NCBI RefSeq assembly: GCF_000150275.1
Contig: NW_002060963.1
Coordinates: 143,669-207,668, forward strand
DNA: 64,000 bases
DNA from: Trichoplax adhaerens
Taxonomy: Eukaryota; Animalia; Placozoa
Direction: 5' to 3'
The translations under genes and the position numbers were made by a program. The stretch's first letter is position 1. Each line of letters begins with the position of its first letter. This document shows positions 15,601 through 28,829 of the stretch, one piece after another. Under the pieces are notes generated by a model. It was not told the origin of the DNA. It made no database searches and worked only from the letters and a program-made list of their open reading frames with translations.

Positions 15601-18600
15601 TCTGTGTTTTATTTTGAGTTGTAATAAATAATCTTACAATTCTCCTAAACTGTGCCAACAGTATCTCAGTCCTTCTACATTGAATGCCTTCAAATAATTC
15701 CACCAAATGATTCTAACATATAATGTCAATGCCATTTTAGTAAATGTTACAATAAGAATTATTTACAATTTGATTCGATTTATTTACAGTTACTACTTCT
15801 TCATATAAAAATTCTTTCCAATATCGTATTCCTGAACTATGATCAGTAATTACTGTGTCAATAAGTATTTATACACAACGCTGAAAAAGGTAGCGGATAT
15901 AAAAACTTTATACTGCGATAATGAATACATAAACATGTCTCCGTATGAAATTGAGATAGAGTTGATTAGAGTATGTGCAAGAAGTAGTTCAGGAAATTTA
16001 ACAGTATTCTTCTCGCGTAAATAAATATTAGATGAAAAATATAGGTCTGTATAAGCTGATAATTAAATTTTAATCACAGCTACACCGTTCGAGAAACGTT
16101 ATAATTTGATACACATATTAACTAGCTTTTAATAAGCTCAGATTTATGATCTTTTATCGAAGAATGGAATAATTTGACATGTGTCCAGAATTAGTAAAAG
16201 TTAAGGTAATACTGAAATATAGGCTTTGAACATAAGAAAATTTTTAATATGACAGATATGCTCGTATAATTATATAGTTACAGTAATTGTAGTCCACGTA
16301 AACCTTTGCATATATTTTCATCAAATTCTTCAAAATAGTTATTGCCTAAATGCCTTCGCATCAAAATAGGGAAAGTATTCCCAAATAAAATTTATTTATA
16401 CGAGTATCTATTTTTGAAGTCGATAGGTAATAAAACAATTGACCAGAATACTTACAATTTCGAAATATATGGCGTGCTTGAAAAAATACCATTTGGTAAA
16501 CGAGTTAAATTGTTGCGTTTTAAAAACCTGATTTAATGCAATATAAACATTTTATTTTTCGGTGATAAAAGGCGTTTTTCCATATGATTTAGATCAAACT
16601 TTATCGCTCTTTTCGATTATAGTTGCATAAAGTGTTTAAAATGCAATAATATGAGGGCCATTTACAATTCTCGAAGTGAGCGTAGTCCATAAAATGTTCG
16701 GTTTGTCAGGACACTGAGCGTGTTATTAGATAAGTCGCTGAAGTAGATAAATTTAAAATTGGCTTTATTACGGAATATTAAGATGGTATCAATATCAGTT
16801 TTAGGTATCTTAAAATAGTATTAAATATAGTTATGAAGTAAATAACTAATTGAAAAGCTACTAAATAAGAATCACGGACTAAAGCTCCTACAATGCTAAA
16901 ATTTAATGTTAATCCGTTATTTTTGTAAGTTGTTGAATATTTTAGTATTAATTCGATACAGGTGCATAATATCGACTTTAAACTACGAGTAAAATTTATT
17001 TTAATCTGCTATGACACTATTGTAATGAGTGCTGTTCCTATGCCTACGGCAGTAATAATTGTAGCGGATAAAAGCTTTATTACTAAATAATTATTATAGA
17101 ATATTACGACAATTAAAACATTATTGATGAATATTACGGCCGTAAACATAAACAAGGTAAAAAAATGCACTACTAGATCCAAAACTGAATTCCGTATTCA
17201 AAGAGACTGACTTATTGACAAACATGCTTAGTAAAACGTTCTTCCAGGTCAAGTTCTCTCAGACTACAATCGAAATCTATTTCATAGAATTCCGTAACCG
17301 GCTCTCACATTTAGCATGGCATCTTATAACATGGAGTTCCAAGTGAGGTTTGATTGTTATCTCTGACGCTCTAATAGCATTCGACAATCTTATCGTCTTA
17401 ATATCTGTAATACCTTTGACACCACTAAACTAGCTATTTATCGTCAGGGGTATACATCTTACAGTAGAACATATTTTTTCCGCGTATACTACAAATTTGA
17501 TGAGCTTTGCCTCATTGATGTTACTATAAAGCAACATCGATTTATGATATTACTATGAAATATAATGATAGAAGTTCTCTAAATGTCCCTTTAATAGTAG
17601 TCGTTATACTATTTTGTAGAGCCTATTTTCCTATATAGATTAAAAACTTGTTGAACTTTGCCTCACTTATGATACGATATGGTAATATTGATTCATGATA
17701 TTACTAAAATTTACATTAAATATAACAAACGAAGTTCTCTAAATGCACCATCGCAAATACTTCTTATTCCGTTTGAAAACAAACGCCTTAAAAAATAGAA
17801 AAATCAGATAATACGTTGTCTCGTTAATTAGTGGTTGCAATTCGTAATTACAAACATCAACATCCCTTACAATCTTCGCAATCGAGGTAATTGAGAAAAA
17901 ATACCACATTCGACTCTAGGTAATGATTGATAAGCGAAATCACTGGATAATAAAATACAAGCAAATGATGGCAAATGTTAATGCAGTATACAGTGAGCCT
18001 TAAATGCCTTATTATTAGCGAGTTACTTAGTAAAAAAATCGTGCCGATAATATATAGGTATGTTAAATTTTTCTGTCGCGACAATTACACAAATTCAATG
18101 TTTATCTATAATACTGTCCTTTCTATTTGATATTTACAGTATTGTCAGCCTTGGATGACGAAAAGCTCCCATAGCTATTTTGTTAATCTTATTATTGATG
18201 AAGAAACTGAAATTGTTTCAAGAGAAATTTTAGATTACAGTAGAGAAGTTGATTAATTAGGCAAGTACCAAATAATTAAAAGTAGGAGCGGCGCTAATTT
18301 TCTAATATATAACACTTATTTAATTTAAACTTTGCCTTCCGTATAAAATTGGCATCTCAGATAAAATATTGCTGGTTATTGCTTGAATTGGATTTTGTCT
18401 AAGATTTCTAAAATTTTCGATAAGGTAGAGAGTTTAATACATTTAATTACCGATGATACCAGCTTAATCGTGACTGCTGCAATGTAATATAGGTACTAGC
18501 GAAACAAATTTAAAATTTAGTACATGTCTACGCGACTAGATTTGAAATCGTATAGTTATTGTTTCATAACATTATAAAATTCTAATATATGCGTTATTAT

Positions 18601-21600
18601 ATAATAAGTAGAAATAACGCTACAAGGTGAATATTACTGTTCTAGAAGAGCAGTAGAAATAGATAGAGTAAACTATTAAAATTGTGTTACAAGAAGATGG
18701 ATTATTAAGTGGCAATAAATATATATTTCTGTTATCACTATACGAGAATTCTTCGACTTACAAAATTCGAAGACCACGTAAACCGCGAAAAGTCTCTTTA
18801 GTAATATTTAGAATGTTGTTGAAGTCCAAATTTCTACACTCAACGTTTTAAGCAGTTGCTTAAATGCACAAAATTGTAATTGGAGCTAACAAAATTGCTA
18901 CATTAACGTAATTCACATACATATCTTGTAACTGGTGAGAATTTTTGAAGGTTCCATTAGGAAGATTTCGAATATACGCACCTTCAAAATTCCTAAAATT
19001 ATCAAAACATAATTAGCCTCGTAAACGCGTATTATATCACAGTATAGATATATTTATTTGCTAAAGCAATTTATAGAGAAACGGGTAGTTACTTTCGGTA
19101 TTGCTTGTTTAACGATGGAATTGTTAACAAATGCTGGCAGTTATATCGACTTAAGTGATTAGTTTTCAGTTTAGATATTTACACTATTTTTAATGTCTAA
19201 CTTACAATGACAGGAGATTGGGTAATGCTTGCAAGAAGCCGTCATCCAAAGAATATACTAACGTATGTAGAAGTTTTCTGAAATATTGCCAATGTTTTGT
19301 TGTATGAGATAAACAAGCTAATATCTTACTAAAACAATTTTTTATAGTATACGCTCGTAAATGTCACACATGTATTTATGCTAGCACGTATACTGACGGA
19401 ATATAGTTAAGAATAAATTAATTCAAATCATAATGCTTTAATCTCGAATTCTTTTGTTTATAATAAAGTGCTGCAGAAGCTAAGTCTTCTATTGATTTTT
19501 AGATTATAATTTAGTAGTTTGAACTTATATTAATCAGAAAAAATCAATCATCAGTATTAAAATTTTTCTCACAAATATTGTAGGCGTTGCAAACACTTAA
19601 AGGCCGTCCGAGGTAAGGAGTGGAGAGGGTTGTTTGATAGATGGCTGTTATACAAGATCAGAAAAATTAATTTACTAACATTACTAAAGACTATATCGAC
19701 TGTATAAATTTTAATGATATTAGTCATAAGAATTTAGTAAATCAATAATTTAGCTATGTTTTAAGTATCTTACAGAAATTTTAATCTTTCCATTCCGCTA
19801 AAGGCATGCTCCTCAAGTTTTTTAATGCGGTTTAGTGTCAAGTCTCTTGATTTAACGATATAAATGCCGTTAGCGATGTAGGTAGAAGCTTCAAGTGGAT
19901 AGTTTTTTTTTACGAAATTATCACCCTTTCTTTAATCTTAGAAGATTGTGATCTGTAGCCAGGCTTGCTTGATTTATGTTAACTATTTTAGCTTATTAAT
20001 TAAAATCTAATGAACTCTTTGCTGACATGCTACACAGCTTTTATACTACCATACCTTCTATAAGCTCTCTATTATCGAGTATGACCAAGATACTTAATGA
20101 TGCAATAAATACGTAATTCACAATATAGTCAATGAAATTAGATATAACGATGGAAAATAAAAGCATTTATAAAGGGTATATTATTAGTCTGTACATTTGC
20201 TATATGATTTTAAAAAAATACTTTAGTTTTGAAACGGCTAAAGCGACTCTTAAAGGTTCATTGATACTACAATTTTGATGACATACAGTTTTAGCAGGAC
20301 CTTCTGATGCTTGAATAGATAGTTTGGGATTATTTTTAAGTAGTTATCAGACATCTGCCTAATATGCAAAACCAAAAGTAAAGATGAATTGTGGTATGTT
20401 ATGATAATGTCATTTAAGACTGCATTCTACGTTTTTAAAAGTATTATTATTCACAGCCTTTCAGATGCTGGAAAGAATCCTACAAGTTTTATGGAGTAAT
20501 TAAAACAATCCTATTTATTGGGAATAAAGCTGTACGGTAGATAATGAGAAACTAGATAATTAATGAGAAATGAAATAAAAGTATCGATAAATCGCTACCG
20601 TACAGGAGTCGCAGATTTGGCAGGTTCTGAAGTGCTTCTGATAAATTCTCATTTGTAATCATATTATCTTTGATATTGCTAGAGTTTAGTAAAAAAAGTA
20701 TGATTAAAGAGGTCGCTATCAAAAATATGATAAATATATAAGTCGGTCTATAATTGGTATATTCCAATCTATTATCAAGTTTAAGATTATAGTACTTGTA
20801 GTTTTATTTACAGTGCAATAATCCAGGGTTGTGTAACGTTGGGATCAATTGGAAATTTTATATAGTAGTTATCCTGAAACGAACTATATATGAAATTTAT
20901 TCCAAAAATTTAGGCATGATAAGTTTTAAGTAATATTTCTTTCTAAACTTTGTTATTGTAACTAGAAAGGAGTTTTATTGGCTCCACTAGCTTTGCTATA
21001 AATCAGAGCAGAAATAATGATCATGTTACTAACACGTGCTGGTATGGAATCATCATTCGCTTGATGCTTTTAGTCCTGCGACCACTCTCACACTTCATAT
21101 AACTTAAGCCACATAGGCATCCGGCAATACATGGAAGTTTAACTAAATAACCAATAGAATTTTATTAATTTATATATTATGATTACAAGTCGACAATGAT
21201 AGCCTTAGGAGATTAAGTTAACCAGATAGTCTATAATATATAGTCAGTTAACTACTGAACCAGTTTAGGGCTACCTAACTTATATTAGAAATCAATCGCT
21301 GAAATCTATCAAATAATTTTACTATCGGTTAATAGATACGATATATGGCACTTTTAATCACTTAAACAAGAATATTTGCATTACAGTTTGTATTGGAATC
21401 GAATTAGTATTGTTACTTTAATCTATTTAATGAAGCTATGCATTTATCTCTCCTTAATTTTGTTGCATCTTAGAGAAGAATTTTAATTTACTGAAGTTAA
21501 AGTTTCGAAATTGAATGGTTACTTTCGATTCTTACCGCAGCTTGCGTTTTGTGTTGATTGCGTTCGTGTATCGAATTTCCATAAGGGGCAGGTTAAAGGC

Positions 21601-24020
21601 TTGCATACTATATTGCCATAATAGGCATAAGAGTCAGCCAATATACTTTAATCGTAGATATTGTACTTATTCGTGCTGTATAAACTTACATTGTGTATAT
21701 ACGATTCCATCGTTTAATGAACATGAATTTCCTTTGCAACTGGTTACACTATTTTGAACTGCTGTGGCATTAATTGGAGCTAAAATTTAAAGCAAATTTC
21801 AGAAATGGACTATTGTAAGCCTTGAAATAATTGCCTTGGATTAAAAATATCTATGTGTACGGTTTTACTCTAAACTGGGTAACGCTAGTAGGTACAATCT
21901 CACTTAGAATTAATAGATACCACGCACTTTAGAAATAATTTTTTGTAACTTATTAAAAATATGCAGCACTGCTAGAGTGTCTATTCACTCGATAGTGTTT
22001 TTATCTTAAATTGATTTCAGTAGCATATCGAAAAATAGACCACATAAACCAATGAAAAATTAATGTTGATATTATCTACATTGTATGTATAGTAGATAAT
22101 AAGTTAGGTTAATTGTTGTAAGAAGACAATTTCGTTTTACTTAAAGTAAAAAGAAGAGGAAGCTATGATTTCATTGACTTAGTATAATGAAAAGTTAGTG
22201 ATGACTACTTGTGGTCCTGATGAATAAATCACAGTGTCTTATTGTACTTATGACGTAATAGCTAATAAAGGACATCATTCTTGAATAAGTATTATCATAT
22301 TAATAGAAATTTTTTTATGAGGTAAAAAGAAGTAAACGCATTTATTGTCGATGAATATTAAAGATCGCTATTGCATTATTAATTAATTTGATGAAATGTT
22401 CTGCTGAAAAATTTTAGAGCAAATTTATATCTTTCCAATAATCATCTAGTAATAATGAATCAGTATGCATTTCACTGGAGAAATTAGATATAAAGTATAA
22501 ACTGGAAATGACAGCTTAGTAAATGGAGAAAAACGGTAAAAGTTGTTATGATATTATGAATGTTGAATAGTTTTATTAATGTCAGAAAGCCATCGCTCAC
22601 ATACATACCTCTAGTAAGACTAAACTATGGATCTAAGCATTGAAATTTGCACTAATTCATGCCTTCATTGAAATTGCTCTAACATTTGAATATGGCTATT
22701 TTAGAATATATCCGTAAGAAAAAATTGTCTTGTTAAGTAGTATAAGACATACAGTACTATAATACTGCAGTTTGAGCCTTCAAATATTCATACTTTTGGG
22801 CAGTGATGATGTACAAATTTGACAGATATTACGTCCAGCTGTAGTTGTAACGATAGTAGCGCAGATAAACCTACTTTGATTTAGTTGCCTAAAATTATCT
22901 TGGTAAAGCTGGATTAATAACCTAATTTATGCATCATAGGCCGTATAACAAGTTAGCGAAGATTCGATATAAATTCGTTGAAGCAATGTTCAGCCCGCAA
23001 ATTCTATTTGCAATCATTCTCTCTGATATTAACTTTATCCTGTCTATTACTTGTAAGTTTCACAAAACCTCGATTACGGTTATGTCGGCATCTTGTTACC
23101 AATGAAAATTTGTAAAATGGAAGTTAACACTACCAGAAAATTCGAAACATTCTAGGATTACTGTCTGGCTCCTGTCCTCAACACTTTATCTATAAAGTAC
23201 AACACTATACTGGCAATCCTTCCATCGTCAGGAAGCCGTTACTTCATCTCTTATAGTCTAAAACTTTCATTCTAAACTATATTGAGAAATCAGCTAATAG
23301 TACGCAGTACACGGTATAAAGTTACTGAACTAAAATTAATATCTAATTCAGTAAATGATTCTAATGTTAATTGTATTAACTATGACTCATGAACTATTGA
23401 GGAATAGTATATAAATGCAGTATATCGTGAAATAAAGAAGAATTCTCCAACTTAGTGTTTAACGTAAAATACGAGGCGTCTAATAAGTTTTTGTGTAGTC
23501 TGCTAGTAGAGCAAAAGTGTTTGTGATAGTGCAGATATCGTTCCTTGATACGTGGTTCAAGGAATTGACTTATTGATCGTATATTGCGTTATCTTGTTGC
23601 AAAGCTGTTTTGTGACATAGCTCTATACGTTTTTTTTCATGCTACTAACTATAATAAGACGACTATGTTTTTTCACCTAAATTATTCTTGGTAATCTTTG
23701 CTGATACAATAAACTCGTATATTCATTGCAAACTTCTATTTCAAATAGTCTTACCACATCCGATTTCATCATATTGATTTTTACAGTCGACTTGACAGTC
23801 GCAAAATTGTTCGAGTTGTATGTTTTGCACGGTATTGCCGCAGTGTAGAGCGTTCGCAACTAGAGCAATTTACGAATATTTCATAAATAAAGACTGAAGT
23901 ACATCTAAAGATGGGTCAAATACTCATTCTTATTTAACCAACTGAAATATTTTTACCGTGGTTATGAATCAGAGCTATAGCAAATAATATCAACCATTGA
24001 TCAATATGACCTAGCGCCAT
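662..24020 (-). CDS. Gene B: tandem paralog of gene A (signal peptide, LDLa, Cys-rich, LRRNT, at least 44 LRR exons); 3' part lies beyond the left edge of the window
   Basis: Signal exon 23957-24020 (MALGHIDQWLILFAIALIHNH); LDLa 23755-23859 (FCDCQVDCKNQYDEIGC); 21690-21779; 21536-21607; LRRNT 21034-21142 (LPCIAGCLCG). LRR exon left coordinates: 20812, 20604, 20287, 19774, 19206, 18921, 18762, 18336, 18138, 17871, 17715, 16666, 16456, 16282, 15638, 15310, 15097, 14804, 14520, 13268, 12574, 12335, 12067, 11450, 10318, 10099, 8935, 7719, 7531, 7055, 6660, 6365, 5669, 5405, 5237, 4168, 3835, 3586, 3413, 3002, 2716, 2551, 803, 662. No in-frame stops; collinear with gene A. Confidence 0.88.
9257..9640 (+). 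repeat. Diverged dispersed repeat, homologous to ~13410-13780
   Basis: Colinear blocks tcttcaaaaca.ta.a.caagaact, taagtc..aagatca.a.ctaaattta.catcg, acttag.g.aa and gctacaat.cgtac. Confidence 0.65.
13410..13780 (+). repeat. Diverged dispersed repeat, homologous to ~9257-9640
   Basis: See 9257-9640. Confidence 0.65.
17553..17612 (-). pseudogene. Degenerate duplicated LRR pseudo-exon in gene B
   Basis: Copy of the adjacent exon 17715-17786 plus intron (GTFRELLSLYFI versus GAFRELRLLYLM); donor GTAAAT deleted and acceptor out of phase. Confidence 0.55.
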
Positions 24021-25661
24021 GTTACTTCAAGTATTTACCAATACTAATGCTTGGATTGAAACGGTTGATAAACAAACGGAAAAGTATATGTGTAAGCAGA
24101 ATTTATTAGGTAATATCAATAAATTGGCTGTAAGGTCACCACAATAACATTGCGAGCCAGTGGGCAAACTTGACATATGATGCAATAAACGGTGGAAATG
24201 AATTATCCACAGAAAGTTGGTATCATTATACTATAATTAGGACAAATATTACAGACTGTTTTGAGTAGGATGGTTCCGGATTTGCAACAGTTATAATGTT
24301 GCTATTTTAGTTTTGGGAATTATGGAACCTAATCAAAGCCACTATTGTCTATAATGATAATTGTACTTAAATAAATATTTTGAAATGATAAAAATAAAAG
24401 TTATGTTTCGTAGCAACTAACCTGCGCGTCGTCAATGCTTTAGAATACTGACTTGTGATGTTATAGCCTCAGTATACAGTTATAATTCTGTATTGCAACT
24501 CAGATTTTATACCAGTAGAGCAATATTCTTTATATAATGAACCGAGACACGAGACAAAACTCAAATCTGTAATCACTTATTACTTTATTCACGATAGATC
24601 TTATTCATTGGAGAAATTCTCCACATACAAGCAAATTATTAATATTGTCTCTAGTCTCCGTTCGATTTCGAAATATTAGTAAGTACATAAAGAGTTTCTT
24701 CTACATTGTTCTAATTTTTTTAAATTGGTTATTTATTTATTATTTTTAATATCAAAATATGCTAATGATTGGTTTTTAATAAGTTGATATGAATAACCTA
24801 CATCATTAAATGTGTCTGGGCTTTCTAAGTGTATCATTATTCTAAGGGCGTACTAAATTATAAAATTTGTGCTTTATGATATTAGCAGCATGATAGTATA
24901 TGGTAGCCTATAAATTATTTATAAATCAGAGTGCAAATGATGAAAAATTTATTTATAATATAATATCATTATTGAACTCTTGGACAGGACGGTATTGGTA
25001 GATCTTGGAACGCTTATGGGGTAACTCGCAATCTTACCATGCCCCAGAATGATTTATCCAGGTATTGATCTATGCTAATTAGGTTTCTACTTAAACACCT
25101 GAGCTATTCCTATAACCTCATTTAGTCAAGACCAGTAGATTACAAGAATTTTCATATTAATGTAAATAAAAAGAATTGTATATGGCGTTGACTGATAATT
25201 TTGATTATGTCTTGCAAAAAGGAATAATACTTTAATTAGCTTTTCTTATTGAATTTATTGGACTACAAGCTACATTGTAGCTTATTACTAATAAAAGAAT
25301 GACGTAAACAACTAAATTTTCTTCCATCGTTTTGTAATTTTGGGCCGTATAAAATCAAGTTATGGCTGATGAAGAAGGTGCATGACAGTGTATTTAATTT
25401 TACCTGGACAAGCCATTAACATGGCTTGGTCACATATACGTAATGACAATCAACGCTGAATGCGTTGGTCTATGTTTTTGTCGCAGTTTGAGATTAATAT
25501 TAGACATAGACCTAGTAAAAGCAATGGCTATGCAGATATATTATCAAGATTAGTAACGGGTAATTAGTTGATTGTTTGGCCTGTGAGCCGGAATACTTTG
25601 TTAGCATGTTATTTTGTTGAATTTTGCAGTGATACAAAATTCTAGGCGGACGGAAGTAAAT

Positions 25662-26216
25662 TAACTTAGCATTGTGATTGTAGACTATTAGCCATGTTTA
25701 GTATGATGTACGGTAGTGTCTTTACTAAATTTATCTTATAATATATTTAGTAGCCTATAACTATAGACTGTAAGGATAGACTCTATGCTAGAGTACAGAT
25801 GGCTATATACAATAAGGTGTTGCACTGCTAATAAGGTTAGAGATAGAAATAGAATTGTAAATCATATATGATGGTATGCTTAGTTCATTGTACTTTGAGT
25901 GGTAGGAATAATATATACGAAAATACTGTAATCATTTCTATATTAAGTTAATGATGGTTCGCTGTAAAATATTATGACTAATAACAAGCTGAATATGTGT
26001 AAAATATGGTAGAATGCTGCTATGCTGATTGTAGCTGTGAAGGCTACGGAGAGTATAAAAGCAAGAGACAATAGATTATGTGATTATTCTTTCTAGAAGT
26101 CTTTCGGTTGTTGTATTCGGCTAAAGTACAGCTGTATGTAGCTAGTCTTTGTATTACATCTAATAAAGTTCTAATTTTCTACAACTTTGGAATTTTCGTG
26201 ATCGGATTTTATCATA
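25662..26216 (+). mobile_element. Solo-LTR-like dispersed repeat, copy 2 (between genes A and B)
   Basis: Colinear with 38735-39278 (attgtgattgtagac..ttagccatgtttagtat.atgtacggtag, gactctatgctagagta, gattgtagctg, gtattcggcta, aataaag). Confidence 0.6.
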
Positions 26217-27436
26217 AATATGTAATTAAATTACCAACTCATTTCATTTAAAAATATCCCAGCTAACTTTGATGTATGACTTTTAACATGTAAGAAAGTT
26301 TCAAGGCTTTAACTTTTGGTAAATTACTTTTCTATTTTAATAAACATTTTATTATTATTAAATGGATATCATTATGGCTTCATTTCGAAATCATACTAAT
26401 TTAATTCATCAATTACATGAAAGATGATACAGAATAAGCCAAGAATCACGTTATGTTAAATGAAAGATTTAGATTAATAAACAGCGAATATGAGCTTCGA
26501 ATAACTAGTTAGGATTTACGAGGTTTGCATTTAGTTCTTTATGTAAGAAAGCGAGAGCTGGGATTTTTTCATCTAGAAAGCAGGAAATTTATTTATTTAG
26601 GGTAAGTCGTCACGCATGGAATTGAATGTCTTTACTAAACTGCGTTAGTTCTTTTTAATTAGATTGCATCGGAGTACTGGTTTTCGATAGATGTTTACAA
26701 CAGCAGGGTTAATTATTTCAGTTTCACTATCTATTGTTTTGAAGTATATGGACTAGAGAATTAGAGTTATATACTGTGCCAATTTGGACACTTCTGGTTT
26801 ATCTGAAGCTTTATTTTTCCGTAGTATAGACTTCAAAATGTCTAGTTTCTATACATTAGCAGTTTTTTATATAGTCGCTTAATGTACTGATATTGAACCA
26901 TTAAATTTGTATCGCATACTACAGTTGATCTTGTAAATCGCTATTGCTATAGTTTAAATACTATCTATGGCTTATATTGTAACCATAATTTATCAACTGC
27001 AGGATTATACATACAACGAAAACAAGTTCTGTCAGATACATTTTTTATCTTACAGCAAGATCCTTGCTGCTAAAGGGTACTATTTAAAGCCCTTCTAATT
27101 CTAACCGAGTACTTGAAATAATAATCCTTCTGGAATACATTATACGGTATTTACCGTCATAAATACATAATAGTTAAAATGGAAATTTCGGAATGAAATT
27201 AATATTACCGGTTGTTAATATCCGCGATACTAAATACAATTTAGATTTGACTACTGGATATTTGGTTATTTAATCTCGAGTTTTATAGCATAACTTATAG
27301 CTAATTCTACTACTTGACTTGAATACATATATGGCTAATATTTGCCATAAACAAATTATCCAAAATTATTGTGGGGCATGAACTCTATCATCAATTAATA
27401 ATATCCTTGACATGAAGGAGTACTTCTAGTTTACAT

Positions 27437-28829
27437 TTAAAGAGCAAATGGGTATTGTGAGTGTTCCTGGAGATTGCGTATATATCCTCCAAGGACGGAT
27501 GATACTTTGTCTGCTAGCTTTTCTATTGAAATATCTTTTTTCTGTTGATTTTCAATGAATATCTTTGTATTCATCAGCTAAATTAATATTAATTTGGAAA
27601 GGTCAGCCAATTTTTATTAAAGAATGAGTTGAATAATTTAAAGCGAAAAATACTAAAATAAAGGAAATCATCATAAACTAGTAGAGCCTCAACGACAGCT
27701 GCGATATTGCTTACCGAAGTCTGAGCAATCGTCCACAAGTTGCAAGGGGAGCTTTTCTGATTTGCTAGGCTTAATTCAGAAGATCTAGATAGCTCTAATG
27801 CTTTAGTTTGACAATACAGTGAGAGATCACTGCATAATTTTCCCAAATCAGCAATATCTTTAGCCATTAACTTGTTTTCATCATTATATTTCGACGAACC
27901 AATTTTGTTCGAAAGCAACAGCGCGGAAGTAAATCCTCCCAATCTAGTTGTAATCATGCTGTCCTATTTTATCGTGAAAAAATTCATCATGGAGTAGTAA
28001 GTGCTGCTTATCATTTGTGCTTCAAACTAAATGATATTAGCATTACGTAGCTGCAATCTGTTAATGCATGTAGCAATCATTAATTACTCCATTATAAATC
28101 GATCTTATGTTCACAATTATGAAATGTTGTTTACTGCAGGATACTATACAAATATTTGCTTTACTCATGACAATTTTTAAAGTTTTGATACTGTACTTCA
28201 AGGCAAGATCTCTTATATACAGTATAGCACCTGCTTATAGATACCAATGAAGATGCTTTCTGCATTAATGTGTCGATGAACGATATTACAACTATGTAAA
28301 GATTTAATTGCTCGAACAATATCTTGCACAATTTGAAGGGTTGAGGAAGGTCTCAAAGGAATCAATTGCCGTTTGATGACATAATCCAGTGTGCACATAT
28401 CCTCTCCTACTAGTTCGTAACACACCATCCTATTATAATGACGATTTAAGTTGTTACTTTCTTCCAAGCATAAATTCGACCGAAATACCGTCAAGAAGAC
28501 TAACAATTGCTTTAGTATACTTAAATAGATCGATAGAAGCTTTTGATCAGTAGTATAAAATAATTTAACAAGAATTTTATGCTAGCAAGTTCTACGAACC
28601 ATCGATTTCCATAGTAACTCGAGGATCGGCCATAAGGAGAGCGAAATTTATGACCTTCGCAGAACCATAAGCATGAAATTGTATTGATTAAATTTATTTG
28701 TTTTGATCCATTTTGTTTGTAAAATTCTTTTTCGCGTTCCCAACATTCTCTTTCATTTTCATTATACGCTTTTATTAATCCATAAATTTCCGACCGGTCT
28801 GCCTTGCGTAGCTTAACTTTGAGATATTG
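27437..28829 (-). CDS. Gene A C-terminal protein-kinase-like (pseudokinase) domain, 4 exons
   Basis: GLIKAYNENERECWEREKEFY (subdomains II-III); LQIVQDIVRAIKSLHSCNIVHRHINAESIFI (VIa/VIb); TRLGGFTSA (VII); KDIADLGKL (IX). Exon lengths 230/199/249/141 keep the frame from the 62-nt linker exon. Confidence 0.8.

Noticed and set aside
23677-23859. 60-aa ORF MRTLYTAA...
   Set aside because: Wrong frame; the real exon in another frame encodes gene B's LDLa.
25037-25510. Exon-like pieces with GT donors upstream of gene B
   Set aside because: No consistent open frame; at most 5' UTR exons, unsupported without transcripts.
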